Shown here one piece after another: positions 1 to 12,812 of a stretch of 64,000 bases of DNA. The notes under the pieces were generated by a model that searched no databases, was not told where the DNA came from, and worked only from the letters and a program-made list of their open reading frames with translations. Origin of the DNA: Octopus sinensis. Its lineage: Eukaryota. A program made the position numbers and the translations under genes. The DNA is taken from the NCBI RefSeq assembly GCF_006345805.1, contig NC_042999.1:40114001-40178000 (forward strand). Reading direction: 5' to 3'. How positions within the stretch are numbered: the stretch's first letter is position 1; each line of letters opens with the position of its first letter.

Positions 1-2497
1 TTGTACTGGGTTTGCATGTGAGCCTCAGCATATGCACCTAACGGCCACTCCAGCCCCACATGGATAAAAAACACATACATCCCCAACCACCATCACAAAT
101 TAAACCCACACCCATACAATGACAAAACTCCCCCATACCCTATTTACACCTACATAGTAATCCCAATATATTCTTCCATACATGGACGCAAGTGCGTGAA
201 GCACATGAACATAATTAGTACGTACACCCCTAATACACACTAATATATACGTATCAAGCTCGACCTCCACAGTGATAAGTTTACACAATCACACACCCAG
301 ATGGGTGAATTGCACAACCAGTGAATGCTCACACATACGGGCGCGATTACATTGTTGCATATATCGAGCCAAAATTGTATGCATATGTACATGTGAGGGG
401 TACACGTAAATGAAGTGAGCGTGTACCCCCTGTATTTATACCCGTGCGTGAATATACACATGGAGACTACCACCAGGTACAAATGTTTTAGAAATGGGAG
501 CCCCATCACTACACTTAATGTATACTCTCACCCATCCGCACGGATGTGTAAGTGTATCTCCGGTGTATATGTTGAGGCTTATATGTAGTTGTTGAAGGGA
601 AGTCGTTGAAATTATGAATGAATGGGTAGAGTTGGGAATTGTAACCGTGTGGTGGACTAGTGTTGTTTGGAATTGTGAATGGATTAGGGTGGTAATGAGG
701 TAGGTATTGAGTATGGTTACTGTAAGTTGTTTGTTAGAGTTGCTAGGGTGAGCTAAAGCTCATAAATGTATATAATTGATTTTTCATGATAGTTTTTAAA
801 GAATCCATTCATAATAAATTTTTTTAAGTAGCGTTGGTTTGCTACGTGGAAATAGTTTTTAGTTCCATTTATTATATTTCTCCATTCATACTATGAATGA
901 CGTTTACTTTCTATGGCGCGTATTCTTTTTTTACATTAGTTATTTCCATGGTAACGTAATTTTGTTTGGTTTTTTAACGGCTAAAAATCTAATTTCACTT
1001 CATAATTTGTAACTGAATTGTAAGTATGTATTTGATTTATCCTTATGTCATAATGTTATTTTTGATATTCTGGTTAATTACGATGTATTTATTGTTGTTT
1101 TCATAAGAGTGTTTATGTATATGAGATTGGTTGTGAGTTTTTAATTGTATAATTAATTTATTTATCTGTATGAGTGTGGGTGTAAATATTGTTGTATATA
1201 TCGAGTTTTAGTGAGTATGTATATGCGTATATGTGAGGGAGCATATGTATCTGTGTGTGTATGTGTGTTTGTGTGTGTGTGTGTTTGTGTGTGAATGTGT
1301 ATTTGGGTTTGTTATTTAGGATTTGGGATGTATGTGTTAATTTGTCTGTGTGGGGAGGGAGTGGTTTTTGGTGTATATTGAGGTTTATAAGTTAGTATAG
1401 GTTTGTGTATAAGTCTTGGGTCTGTGGTTTACGTGTGGTTTTTTGTGTGTGAATGTTTAGGTTAGGGGGATTGCTATATAAGTTTGTTATAGGGTTTAGC
1501 AAAGGGAGATTTTATCGTTATATGCTTTTATGAGTTTTGGTTTATCATGGTTTTTTTAGGTAATTTGTGGTATTTTGTCTATTTTAGGTGTTGGTTATTT
1601 TTTTACATTGTTTCATTCATAATTTTTGAGTGGTGTTCGTTTTGCCACGTGAATAACCGGGTGGTGGACTAGCGTTGCTTGGAATGTGAATGGAATAGTG
1701 TAGTAGTGAGGTAGGCATAGAGAATGGGATTGGGTTACTGCAAGTTGTTTGTTAGAGATGCTAAGGTGAGTTAAAGCTCATAAATGTATATAATGTTTTT
1801 TGTGGGTGTGTAAGTATTGTTGTATATGTCGAGTTTAGTGAGTATTATATAGGCGTATATGTGAGGGAGTATATGTATCTTTTGTGTGTGAGTGTTTTGC
1901 GTGTGAGTGTGTGTTTTTTGTGTGTGAATGTGTATATGGGTTTGTTATTTAGGTTTTGGGATGTATGTGTTAATTTGTCTGTGTGGGGAGGGAGTGGGTT
2001 TTGGTGTATATTGAGGTTTATAAGTTAGTATAGGTATGTGTATAAGTCGTGAGTCTGTGGTTTACGTGTGTGTATTTGTGTGTGAATGTTTAGGTTAGGG
2101 GGTTTACTTTATAGGTTTGTTATAGAGTTTAGCAAAGGGAGATTTTATCGTTATATGTTTTTAAGAGTTTTGTTTTATCATGGTTTTTTTTTTTTTTTTT
2201 TTTTTTTTTTAGGGAATTCGTGGTAATTAGTCTATATTTTCGATATGGATTATATATAGGTTATATATGGATTATATACTTATATTTTTTCATTTATACT
2301 TTAATTATTTAAAAGTATTATTTTTATATTTTAAAATTTTGATTTTTTAGATTGGAAGTCCACCTGAAGATTGTCGATCAAGACAAGAAACGATTGTAGT
2401 GGCGGTTTTTTTGACTATTTATTAAATTTATGTATTGATTAAGTCTTTCCTTGTTTGTTTTGCAAAATAGTGGTTTTGTCTCAAATAATATTTTATA
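1..2497 (+). repeat. Pseudo-LTR copy 1 (left-truncated by the window edge)
   Basis: Direct match to 5606-8110 from the first base (ttgtactgggtttgcatgtgagcc vs ttgtacatgggtttgcatgtgagcc). Confidence 0.9.
2360..2402 (+). ncRNA. Minimal type I hammerhead ribozyme
   Basis: ccac CTGAAGA ttgtc-gatcaa-gacaa GAAA c-gatt-g T A gtgg. Stem I ccac/gtgg, core CUGAAGA, stem II ttgtc/gacaa, GAAA, short stem III, GUA cleavage triplet at 2396-2398. Confidence 0.9.
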
Positions 2498-2635
2498 ATA
2501 TTTTACTATAAAATTGGATTTAATCCTAAATCTGATTTTTTTTCCCTGTAAATTTGGATATATTCCCTAATATTTATTATTTATATAATATTGATAATTT
2601 TGTATATTGAGTGTAATACCTCAATTTCGCAAATT

Positions 2636-5156
2636 ATGGATTTTACAGGTAAGATAGAACCGCTGTTTTGGGATTCATCTTTGAAAGATATTCCTATTCC
2701 TTCTAGAAAGGAATTTATCTTGAAACTTGTTAATAATGTTAAAGATTTTATTTCTAGAATTAAATGGAAAGCTTTTTACTATAATTTTTATTTATTTAAT
2801 GATATTGATAGTAGGAATGATAATTATACCTCTAAATTTAAATCTAGAAAGGAACCTCCATTTAATAAAGAATTACAATTACTTGAAGATAGTATATGGA
2901 AGGTGGTAAAAAATATTGAATTCCATAAATACCCAAATAGAAATAATGAATATTTAAGGAATTTAGCAATTAAAATTAAAGATATGAGAAATATGGATAG
3001 TATTATAGTACAATCTGATAAAACAAGGAACTTATATAAATTAGATGTTAAATTATATGATAAACTTTTAGGGAAAGAAATAATTAAAAAATATAAAATT
3101 GTTCCAGATGATATTCTTTATAATATTAATAAGGCCTCTAAAGTAGTAATGTTAAAATATGAGTTGGATAATAAAACTGAACCTTATGTACCTCTGCACC
3201 CCAGAATTACTCTTAAAGACCATAAAGATAATTTTTATTCAGACCCTAAAGTTAGATTAATTTGCCCATGTAAATCGGACCTAGGTAAATTAAGTAAATT
3301 TATTTTAGATAAATATATTGATAAGTTAAATAAACTTAATTATTTAAAATTATGGTTTAGTAATAATAATACATTGAAATGGTTTAATAATATTAAAGAT
3401 AAAAATCGTTATAAATTTATTCAAATAGATATAGATAATTATTATTCTTCTATTAATGAAATTGTGTTTAATAAAGCGCTTATTTTCGCAATGAATAAAG
3501 TGGGCATGTCACGGGAAGAAGTTAATGTAATTAAATTGGCTAGGAAATCGCTAATTAAATATAAAAATAAATTATGGGCTAGGAATGATACTAGAGATTG
3601 TTTTGATATACCTATGGGAGCACCAGATTCTGCACAGGCTACTGATTTAGTAGGTATTTTTCTTTTATCTGAACTCCAATTAGAAAATCTTAAGATAGAG
3701 GGTGGTTTATATAGAGACGATCTTCTACTAGTTACAAAGAATTGTACTAATAGGAATCTAGAAGTATATAAGAAAAAACTATATAGTTTCTTTAAAAGAT
3801 ATGGTTTACGTATTACTATATATAAGGAGAATTATAATGTTAATTATTTAGATGTTAATTTTAATCTTATTACAGGTAAAACACAACCATTTCATAAACT
3901 TAATGAGAACCTTAGATATATAAATGTTAATAGTAATCACCCATTTTCTATTAAAAAATCGTTGATTAATAATATAAGTAAACGTATTTCATTACTCTCT
4001 TATGATATAGAGATTTTTAATAAACATGCTAATTATATTATAATGAGGCCCTTAGAGGGGCAGGTTATAATAAGAATATTAAATTTTATAATATTAGCGA
4101 TAATGATTTAAATGATAATTTTCGAGATACTTCTAATAATAATTATAATTTGTTACGTTTAGTGGTAAAAATAATAGATATTATAAAAAAAATAATAAAA
4201 ATGATAAAAATATAAATAAGAATAATAATAATAATAAATATAATAATAATAATATAAATAAGAATAATATAAATAAAAATAAATTTAATAATTATTATAA
4301 TAATTATATTGATAAATTTAATAATATTAATAATTCCTTAAATGCTGTACATAGATATAATTCTGATAATAATTTTAATAAAATAAAGAATTATAAATAT
4401 ATTTATAATAATGATAATAATAATAAGGTTAATAAGAATAAAATTTGGTTAATAGTTCCTTATGGAGATCAAGTTAAAACGAATATTATTAAAGAGATTT
4501 TAGATGTTATAGAACTATTTATTAGAGATAATCGTAAATATAGAAACATTTTCTCTTTTAATAATTTTGGAGTTGGTTACTCTACCACTAATAATGTTGG
4601 TAACATTATTTCTTCATTTAATAAATATAAACTGAATAATTTTTATAAAAAGAAATTATTTGATAATAATATTAATAATGATAAGACTTATATTAATTGT
4701 ACATGTAGAGATAAATCTCTAATTGTATATTAAATATAATTGTGATATTAACGATGTAGTGTATAAATGTATAGTTACATTACATGATAATAACTTTAAG
4801 AATAATAATTACAATAAAGCGGTTTATATAGGTTCTACTTCCTCAAAAATAAAACTAAGAATTGCACAACATATGAATTCTTTTAAAAATAAAAACTTAA
4901 TCAACTCAACCGGACTTAGTAAGTATATTTGGAGTCTTAAATCACTAAATATTAATTATAGTTTAATATGGGAAATAATTTGTAAAAATAATCATAATAA
5001 TCATAAATAGGAGCTAATTGTTGTTATTTATGCTCTAATGAGTTTAAAGAAATTTTATTTTATAAGTATGATAATTTACTTAATACTGGGGAGGAGCGCA
5101 AAATAAAATGTAGACACAAGTTACTTTACTTATATAATAAGTTTCATGATAAATAG
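2636..5156 (+). CDS. PLE polyprotein (reverse transcriptase + Asn-rich linker + GIY-YIG endonuclease), frameshifted as assembled
   Basis: ATG at 2636. Motifs SLKDIPIPS..RIKWKAF, KVRLICPCKS, IQIDIDNYY, IPMGAPDS, GGLYRDD, YLDVNF, YINVNSNHP. After frameshifts near 4035, 4180, 4715-4730 and 5005: KIWLIVPY, CTC..NC..C, VVYKC..YIGST..R..QH..SF, LSKYIW, CYLC..E, CRHK, with TAG at 5154-5156. Confidence 0.88.
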
Positions 5157-5605
5157 CAATAATAGTTCCCTTTTAGGTTATTTTAGTTTAAATTAGTTTA
5201 GATGATATATTTTTGGTTATGTTGTCTAGGATTTAATTATAGTTAGTCTTTATTGATATTTCTTGTTTTAATTAGTTCATTTTTAATGTATATTAATTTA
5301 GCAGTTTATGGTACGTTAAAACTTTAATAATTTATATTAGATTTTTTTATTTTTATTTTTATTTTTATTTATTTTATTTTATTATGTATTTTTATTTTGC
5401 ATTTGTTATATGTATTTTGAGGATATATTTATATTGGGTGTTATTTAGTGGTGTTTTTATTGAGTTTTGTATGTATGTGTGAATGTTTAAGATCCCTTTT
5501 GTTTTTTGTTTTTTATTTGTAGGTTGAATTGACAGATTTTATTTGGGTATTGTCTTTTATAATAAAGTACACACCCATAACAATTATAAGTGCCCACTTC
5601 ATTCG

Positions 5606-7792
5606 TTGTACATGGGTTTGCATGTGAGCCTCAGCATATGCACCTAACGGCCACTCCAGCCCCACATGGATAAATAAACACATACATCCCCACCACCATC
5701 ACAAATTAAACCCACACCCATACAATGACAAAACTCCCCCATACCCTATTTACACACTACATAGTAATCCCAATATATTCTTCCATACATGGACGCAAGT
5801 GCGTGAAGCACATGAACATAATTAGTACGTACAACCCCTAATACACACTAATATATACGTATCAAGCTCGACCTCCACAGTGATAAGTTTACACACAATC
5901 ACACCCAGATGGGTGAATTGCACAACCAGTGAATGCTCACACATACGGGCGCGATTACATTGTTGCATATATCGAGCCAAAATTGTATGCATATGTACAT
6001 GTGAGGGGTACACGTAAATGAAGTGAGCGTGTACCCCCTGTATTTATACCCGTGCGTGAATATACACATGGAGACTACCACATAGGTACAAATGTGTTTA
6101 GAAATGGGAGCCCCATCACTACACTTAATGTATACTCTCACCCATCCGCACGGATGTGTAAGTGTATCTCCGGTGTATATGTTGAGGCTTATATGTAGAG
6201 TTGTGAAGGGAATGTCGTTGAAATTGTGAATGAATGGGTAGAGTTGGGAATTGTAACCGTGTGGTGGACTAGTGTTGTTTGGAATTGTGAATGGATTAGG
6301 GTGGTAATGAGGTAGGTATTGAGTATGGGTTACTGTAAGTTGTTTGTTAGAGTTGCTAGGGTGAGCTAAAGCTCATAAATGTATATAATTGATTTTTCAT
6401 GATAGTTTTTAAAGAATCCATTCATAATAAATTTTTTTAAGTAGCGTTGGTTTGCTACGTGGAAATAGTTTTTAGTTCCATTTATTATATTTCTCCATTC
6501 ATACTATGAATGACGTTTACTTTCTATGGCGCGTATTCTTTTTTTACATTAGTTATTTCCATGGTAACGTAATTTTGTTTGGTTTTTTAACGGCTAAAAA
6601 TCTAATTTCACTTCATAATTTGTAACTGAATTGTAAGTATGTATTTGATTTATCCTTATGTCATAATGTTATTTTTGATATTCTGGTTAATTACGATGTA
6701 TTTATTGTTGTTTTCATAAGAGTGTTTATGTATATGAGATTGGTTGTGAGTTTTTAATTGTATAATTAATTTATTTATCTGTATGAGTGTGGGTGTAAAT
6801 ATTGTTGTATATATCGAGTTTTAGTGAGTATGTATATGCGTATATGTGAGGGAGCATATGTATCTGTTGTGTATGTGTGTTTTGTGTGTGTGTGTGTTTG
6901 TGTGTGAATGTGTATTTGGGTTTGTTATTTAGGATTTGGGATGTATGTGTTAATTTGTCTGTGTGGGGAGGGAGTGGTTTTTGGTGTATATTGAGGTTTA
7001 TAAGTTAGTATAGGTTTGTGTATAAGTTTTGGGTCTGTGGTTACGTGTGGGTTTTTTGTGTGTGAATGTTTAGGTTAGGGGGATTGCTATATAAGTTTGT
7101 TATAGGGTTTAGCAAAGGGAGATTTTATCGTTATATGCTTTTATGAGTTTTGGTTTATTATGGTTTTTTTAGGTAATTGTGGTATTTTGTCTATTTTAGG
7201 TGTTGGTTATTTTTTTACATTGTTTCATTCATTCATAATTTTTGAGTGGTGTTCGTTTTGCCACGTGAATAACCGGGTGGTGGACTAGCGTTGCTTGGAA
7301 TGTGAATGGAATAGTGTAGTAGTGAGGTAGGCATAGAGAATGGGATTGGGTTACTGCAAGTTGTTTGTTAGAGATGCTAAGGTGAGTTAAAGCTCATAAA
7401 TGTATATAATGTTTTTTGTGGGTGTGTAAGTATTGTTGTATATGTCGAGTTTAGTGAGTATGTATAGGCGTATATGTGAGGGAGTATATGTATCTTTTGT
7501 GTGTGAGTGTTTTGCGTGTGAGTGTGTGTTTTGTGTGTGAATGTGTATATGGGTTTGTTATTTAGGTTTTGGGATGTATGTGTTAATTTGTCTGTGTGGG
7601 GAGGGAGTGGTTTTTGGTGTATATTGAGGTTTATAAGTTAGTATAGGTATGTGTATAAGTCGTGAGTCTGTGGTTTACGTGTGTGTATTTGTGTGTGAAT
7701 GTTTAGGTTAGGGGGTTTACTTTATAGGTTTGTTATAGAGTTTAGCAAAGGGAGATTTTATCGTTATGTTTTTAAGAGTTTTGTTTTATCAT

Positions 7793-7823
<31 letters not shown>

Positions 7824-8110
7824 GGGAATTCGTGGTAATTAGTCTATATTTTCGATATGGATTATATATAGGTTATATATGGATTATATACTTATATTTT
7901 TTCATTTATACTTTAATTATTTAAAAGTATTATTTTTATATTTTAAAATTTTGATTTTTTAGATTGGAAGTCCACCTGAAGATTGTCGATCAAGACAAGA
8001 AACGATTGTAGTGGCGGTTTTTTTTTGACTATTTATTAAATTTTATGTATTGATTAAGTCTTTCCTTGTTTGTTTTGCAAAATAGTGGTTTTGTCTCAAA
8101 TAATATTTTA
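5606..8110 (+). repeat. Pseudo-LTR copy 2
   Basis: Direct repeat of 1-2497; ends at ...tcaaataatatttta and runs straight into (TA)n. Confidence 0.9.
7972..8014 (+). ncRNA. Minimal type I hammerhead ribozyme (second copy)
   Basis: Identical to 2360-2402; GUA at 8008-8010. Confidence 0.9.
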
Positions 8111-8689
8111 TATATATATATATATATATATACATACGCGCATACACATATGCCTATTCATTCTTTACATTTTATTTATGGGCAGCCCAAAATTATATTC
8201 CATTGTTATGTCCATCATTTTCTTCTCCCTTATTCGATGTATTTTATTATTTCTTGAATAAATCAGAGTACAGATAGATGTTTATTGCTTGGAAAAATCC
8301 TTTTTTTTTTTATAAACGTTTAATAGTTTTCCAATTCTTATTTGTATATTTCCTCCGAATGAGAGAGGAAGTGAAGAGAGACTTTGGAAAAGAAGCAACT
8401 TCTATCGTCTCGCAATATGGAGAGGAGGCCGACGAATGTATATCATGTATTATCTGCTTCACATAAAATTTCTCTTCCTTTAAGCCATTTATATTTGATA
8501 TACCAAATGATTTCGCAATAGTATTATTATTACTGCTATAATTGATTATTTATTGAGACTGTTGTGGCAATTACTTCCTCGGCAGCCGTAAATATGCTTT
8601 TCCAGTATTTCATGCGAATGTCGTTCAACACTTTCTATGAGGGGAAGCCGAACATTTCCAGGCATTTAATTTCATATCGTGAAATACCT

Positions 8690-8830
8690 GGTCGGAGGCC
8701 CAAACTTCGTAGTTACTTCACAGGACTTGAAAAAAAAAAACTGCAGGACCGCTGCATTGAATGTGTGAATATAAATGGGGAATACATGGAAAAAAAAAAT
8801 CATAATTAACTGATCCTTTTCTATTTTCTT
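8690..8830 (+). pseudogene. Mariner-type transposase C-terminal remnant
   Basis: YFTGLEKKKLQDRCIECVNINGEYMEK resembles the mariner C-terminal GI.KL..RW.KC....G.YVEK pattern. Confidence 0.5.
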
Positions 8831-9329
8831 TTATTCAAATCTAGGAACTTTTCAGCAACACTTCGTACATGGTTACATGAGCCTCTGGAATCAACAGTGA
8901 AATCTCCTGAAAATACCCGTCTTTCTTTTAGAATAGAAACCATTTTAATTCATACATCCTTTATATTAGGGATCGTCATAGCAGGTAATGACGTTTTCAT
9001 AGGCCTGCTGTTGCGTGAGTGTCTGCATGCTAAATGATGGAAACTAAACGTGGTTCGATATGTATGATTGCCGTCCAACCGTGTATATTAGCAGCTCAAA
9101 GATATATATCATTTAACAGTAACTGTTGCCAAAACAGGGTATACTTACATGGTTACTCAGTCTAGTAGAAATAGAAGTCAAAAACTGCAGAAATATTGAA
9201 AAAAGTTTCAGAAAATTTGAACAAGGTAAGGCGGCCGTGGAAAATCACGGGAAGTTAACAGTCGGTAAATGTTCTATTTTAGTTGACCTGGAGATGAAGC
9301 TACAAAGGAGGCTTATCCTTCCGACAAAT

Positions 9330-10660
9330 TTCCTTATGGAGTCTCCTAACTACAACATCATATTTCATCGTTGGGTAAAATTGCGATGACTTTTTCGGAG
9401 AACCGGTTATGATATGGGTGATATCTTCGGTGTTAACTCCACAAAGTCTTCATCGGTTGTAACAGTTTACTGCTTTCCCACATCTTTATCTTTATGTGCA
9501 TCAGGTATTTGGTTGATATTTTCTGTTCCTGTATTGCAAACACATTCTTTTCCAAGTGGGAGGTAGTAACCCGGCTATTTTTGCTTGATAAAATGCTTTG
9601 ATGATCAAAATTACGATAATCTCGGAGCTTTCTACTAACACATCATGCATATTTTGATGTCCACATATAATCATCTTTTCAGATGATGATACCTAGCGGC
9701 GAGTCGTGCGGTTTCTTGGGGCATGTATTTAGACAAGGAATGCTTCTCAAGGAGCTGCTTTCCAAGTATTATGATGTTATCAGCCTCGTGTATACAAGCT
9801 TGGTCAATGGATGCACTTCGACACTTGGTGGTTAAAAGCTGTTTACCGAAGAGATATGATACAATATTCAAAGGCATTTTGGATTGATGTTAAGCGTTTG
9901 ATGCCTTGTTTTCGTTATAAGTAGAGGCCGTCTACGTCACTGTTTATGTGACAATTATGTGTGCTTGTTACTATTGTTCGGGTTTTCACAGCAATTGCTC
10001 GGATCTCATCTGGTGTCCAATCAAGCAGCCCAAATATCTGTACAATTACTGGCACTTGAATGCAGAGAGTTCTCAGGTCCAAATTTTCTTTATTCGGCTG
10101 TCATATTCTTTAGTGGCACGAGTTACAGGTGCTATTATAAGATATGTTTCCATTCACCCATAGCTACCTGTAACATTCCTCGTCAGGTATAGGGAAAGCA
10201 GGCAGGTCATTGATGGAGATGTTGCTAGCCTGGTTTACAATTTTCGCCCTTTTCACAACCATATAACAACATTTATCCAGACCAAACTCCAACCCTACTT
10301 CCTTTGAGAATATTGTAACTAAGGCAAGACTCTTTTTTCATCTCGTGCATATTCCCTGCAAAATATTTCATGTCATCCACTAAAAAAACAATAAGTTTGG
10401 TATTTCTGTTTCCTTGTGATCTAGTGAAATATCCTTCAGACATCCTTAACATGAATGACAAAGTTATTACAGAAAATATAAACAACATAACAGAGAGGCT
10501 GCCCTGTGAAATATGTTTTTGTGATATTGTATTCTATCATGATACATTTACTCTTTGTGTTTAATTTCAAGATGGTGGCCCACGATGAAGTCAAGTCAGC
10601 TATGGCTTTGACTATGTTCACTATAACTTTAGCAGGCTGAAGGGATTCTAGCATCCATGT
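9330..10660 (-). mobile_element. Decayed RLE-type non-LTR retrotransposon (R4/NeSL/Hero-like), RT to zinc-finger region
   Basis: Minus-strand translation gives WMLESLQPAKV..WATILKL, LSFML..EGY..LVDDMK (RT) and AIQEQKISTKYL..RLC...EDITHII.GSPK (decayed CCHC region). Confidence 0.7.
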
Positions 10661-11331
10661 ATATATGTATGTATGATAAAAAGGACTATCAATGGTTCCT
10701 CCCGAACTATAGCCTTTTACTATAACTTTATAATGCCCATGTCTTGGATACTATAGCTTGTATATTCTCACTTACATGGACCGCTGGTCAACTGCAGAAT
10801 TGTTTAAATTTACCCGCATAGTTAAATCAAGAATATAACGGTGTACACGGTCCAGGTATTGAAGCTCTAATGTTACAATCATGAGTGAAACAAACCTATC
10901 CGCAAGCCACGCGTCTCGACATGTTTATATGTATGTGTTTGTGTGTAGGCGTATATAAGTGGGTGTGTGTTTGTGTGAGTCCGTGTATGACCCTGTGCTC
11001 GGGTGTGCGCGCGTGTGTTTTTGTCGAGACATATTGGAAATATATACGTACATATGTTTACACAGGTGTAAGCAAATACATTCATATGTCCTGGACCATC
11101 ACACTGTGCTTTCACGTTGCTCCAGTCCTCTCAGTTGGCAAAAGTGAGTAGTATCTGTATATCAAATGACCAGCCTTGTTATATAGTCTGTGTCATGCAG
11201 TATCTCCTTGTGAAATACGTTAATGGTGCACATGTCTGTGGAGAGGTTAGCCACATTCGCGTTAATTTCACGAGCAAGCTGTTGATCGTATCACCTGGGA
11301 TCCTTGTCATCTTAACCGACAGAGTGCTCCA

Positions 11332-11388
<57 letters not shown>

Positions 11389-11720
11389 ATATATATATAT
11401 TATATATTTATAATAATAAGGTATTGCTTAAACCACATGCCTAAAATATTATAAATAGCAGCCAAAGGGCTACTATTTCCTTTTACTACAAAAATAAGTC
11501 TCCTTATTACTATAACTATATATATTTTTACCGAATATGGTCCTTTCCATACCGAAATACTATTAGGTGAAATTTGTTGATTTTATTAAATTAATTATAT
11601 TTCAGCCTATATCTGTATATATATATATAATTTATATTCACAAATCTGTATATGTATATACATGTATATGTATGAAACAGGTCAGCTCACCCAAATTCTT
11701 TATAAACTACATATATCTCT

Positions 11721-11783
<63 letters not shown>

Positions 11784-12281
11784 CAACTAAAATATGACCT
11801 TTTTGAACTTATAATTTTCTGTGTACATATATAGATACTTCCAAACAAACATGATTTCTATTGAAATCCTAATAGGTTTTATGAACTTGTTAATAATTTC
11901 TCAAAACATTTTTTTCTGTAAACTGTTTTTAACCTTTTTTTTTATTATTATCAAAGAATGTATATATGTATTGTAATTTTTTGTGCCCAATATTTTAATG
12001 AACTCTTTTTTTTATTTTCCCAAGGTTTTTCCTAGTAAACTGTTTTTAACATGTTCTTATTTTATTATCAAAGAATGCATATATGTATTGTAATATTTTG
12101 TGACAACCAGTACCTAACACAACAAAGCTTTTGCATGTTACTTTTGACAATCTTTGACTCTTCTAAAAGAGTGAAAACGGTCAAGTGAATAAACATCTCT
12201 TAAAATTGCATTTTCAAAGCTTCGTTCATAAATAATTCCACTCGTGCGGTACCTTGCAACTTCACATTGTAATATATGTAT

Positions 12282-12342
<61 letters not shown>

Positions 12343-12346
<4 letters not shown>

Positions 12347-12631
12347 AGACGCAATGGCCCAGTGGTTAGGGCAGCGGACTCGCGGTTTCGATTCCCAGAC
12401 CGGGCGTTGAGAGTGTTTATTGAGCAAAAACACCTAAATCTCCAAGAGGCTCCGGCAGGGGGTGGTGACGATCCCTGCTGTACTCTTTCGCCACAACTTT
12501 CTCTCACTCTTTCTTCTGTTGGCCATCTCGCTTAGCCAGAGGGGTGGCGTCAACTAAAGGCTAAAATAATGCGAAGCGCATTGTGACCGGCGATGTGTAG
12601 CAACATCTGATGACCTGGCCGATCACGGTGA
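12343..12631 (+). mobile_element. tRNA-derived SINE
   Basis: A box TGGCCCAGTGG (12355-12365) and B box-like GGTTTCGATTCC (12384-12395) with a shortened spacer. Tail ends tcacggtga, both ends in (TA)n, and a second 3' copy lies at 33677-33805. Confidence 0.8.
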
Positions 12632-12654
12632 TATATATACATACATACCTACAT

Positions 12655-12712
<58 letters not shown>

Positions 12713-12753
12713 GTATATATATATATATATAGATATATATATATACTATATAT

Positions 12754-12812
<59 letters not shown>

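Larger units (their letters stand above)
1..8110 (+). mobile_element. Penelope-like retroelement (PLE): pseudo-LTR / RT+GIY-YIG ORF / pseudo-LTR, or partial tandem with period ~5.6 kb
   Basis: 1-~2497 is repeated at ~5606-8110 with only small indels and few substitutions. It brackets an ORF with PLE RT and C-terminal GIY-YIG motifs, and each repeat carries a hammerhead. The left boundary lies outside the window. Confidence 0.92.

Noticed and set aside
1450-2110. ttaggttagggg as telomeric repeat
   Set aside because: Isolated single occurrences in G/T-rich sequence; no tandem array.
2184-2210. T27 tract (also ~7795-7822) as a retrocopy poly(A) tail or terminator
   Set aside because: It is an internal part of both repeats, with no associated insert or target duplication visible.
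2636-5156. Selenocysteine (in-frame UGA) recoding, reported for some Naiad-type PLEs
   Set aside because: The conserved Cys positions I read are TGT/TGC and the interruptions are frameshifts leading to TAA/TAG. No in-frame TGA was found and no SECIS was identified.
1-8110. Classical LTR retrotransposon
   Set aside because: No gag, protease or integrase, and no TG..CA ends or PBS; the RT, GIY-YIG and hammerheads indicate a PLE.
12343-12400. tRNA gene
   Set aside because: A and B boxes are present but the anticodon region is shortened, no acceptor stem closes, and it continues into a SINE body.
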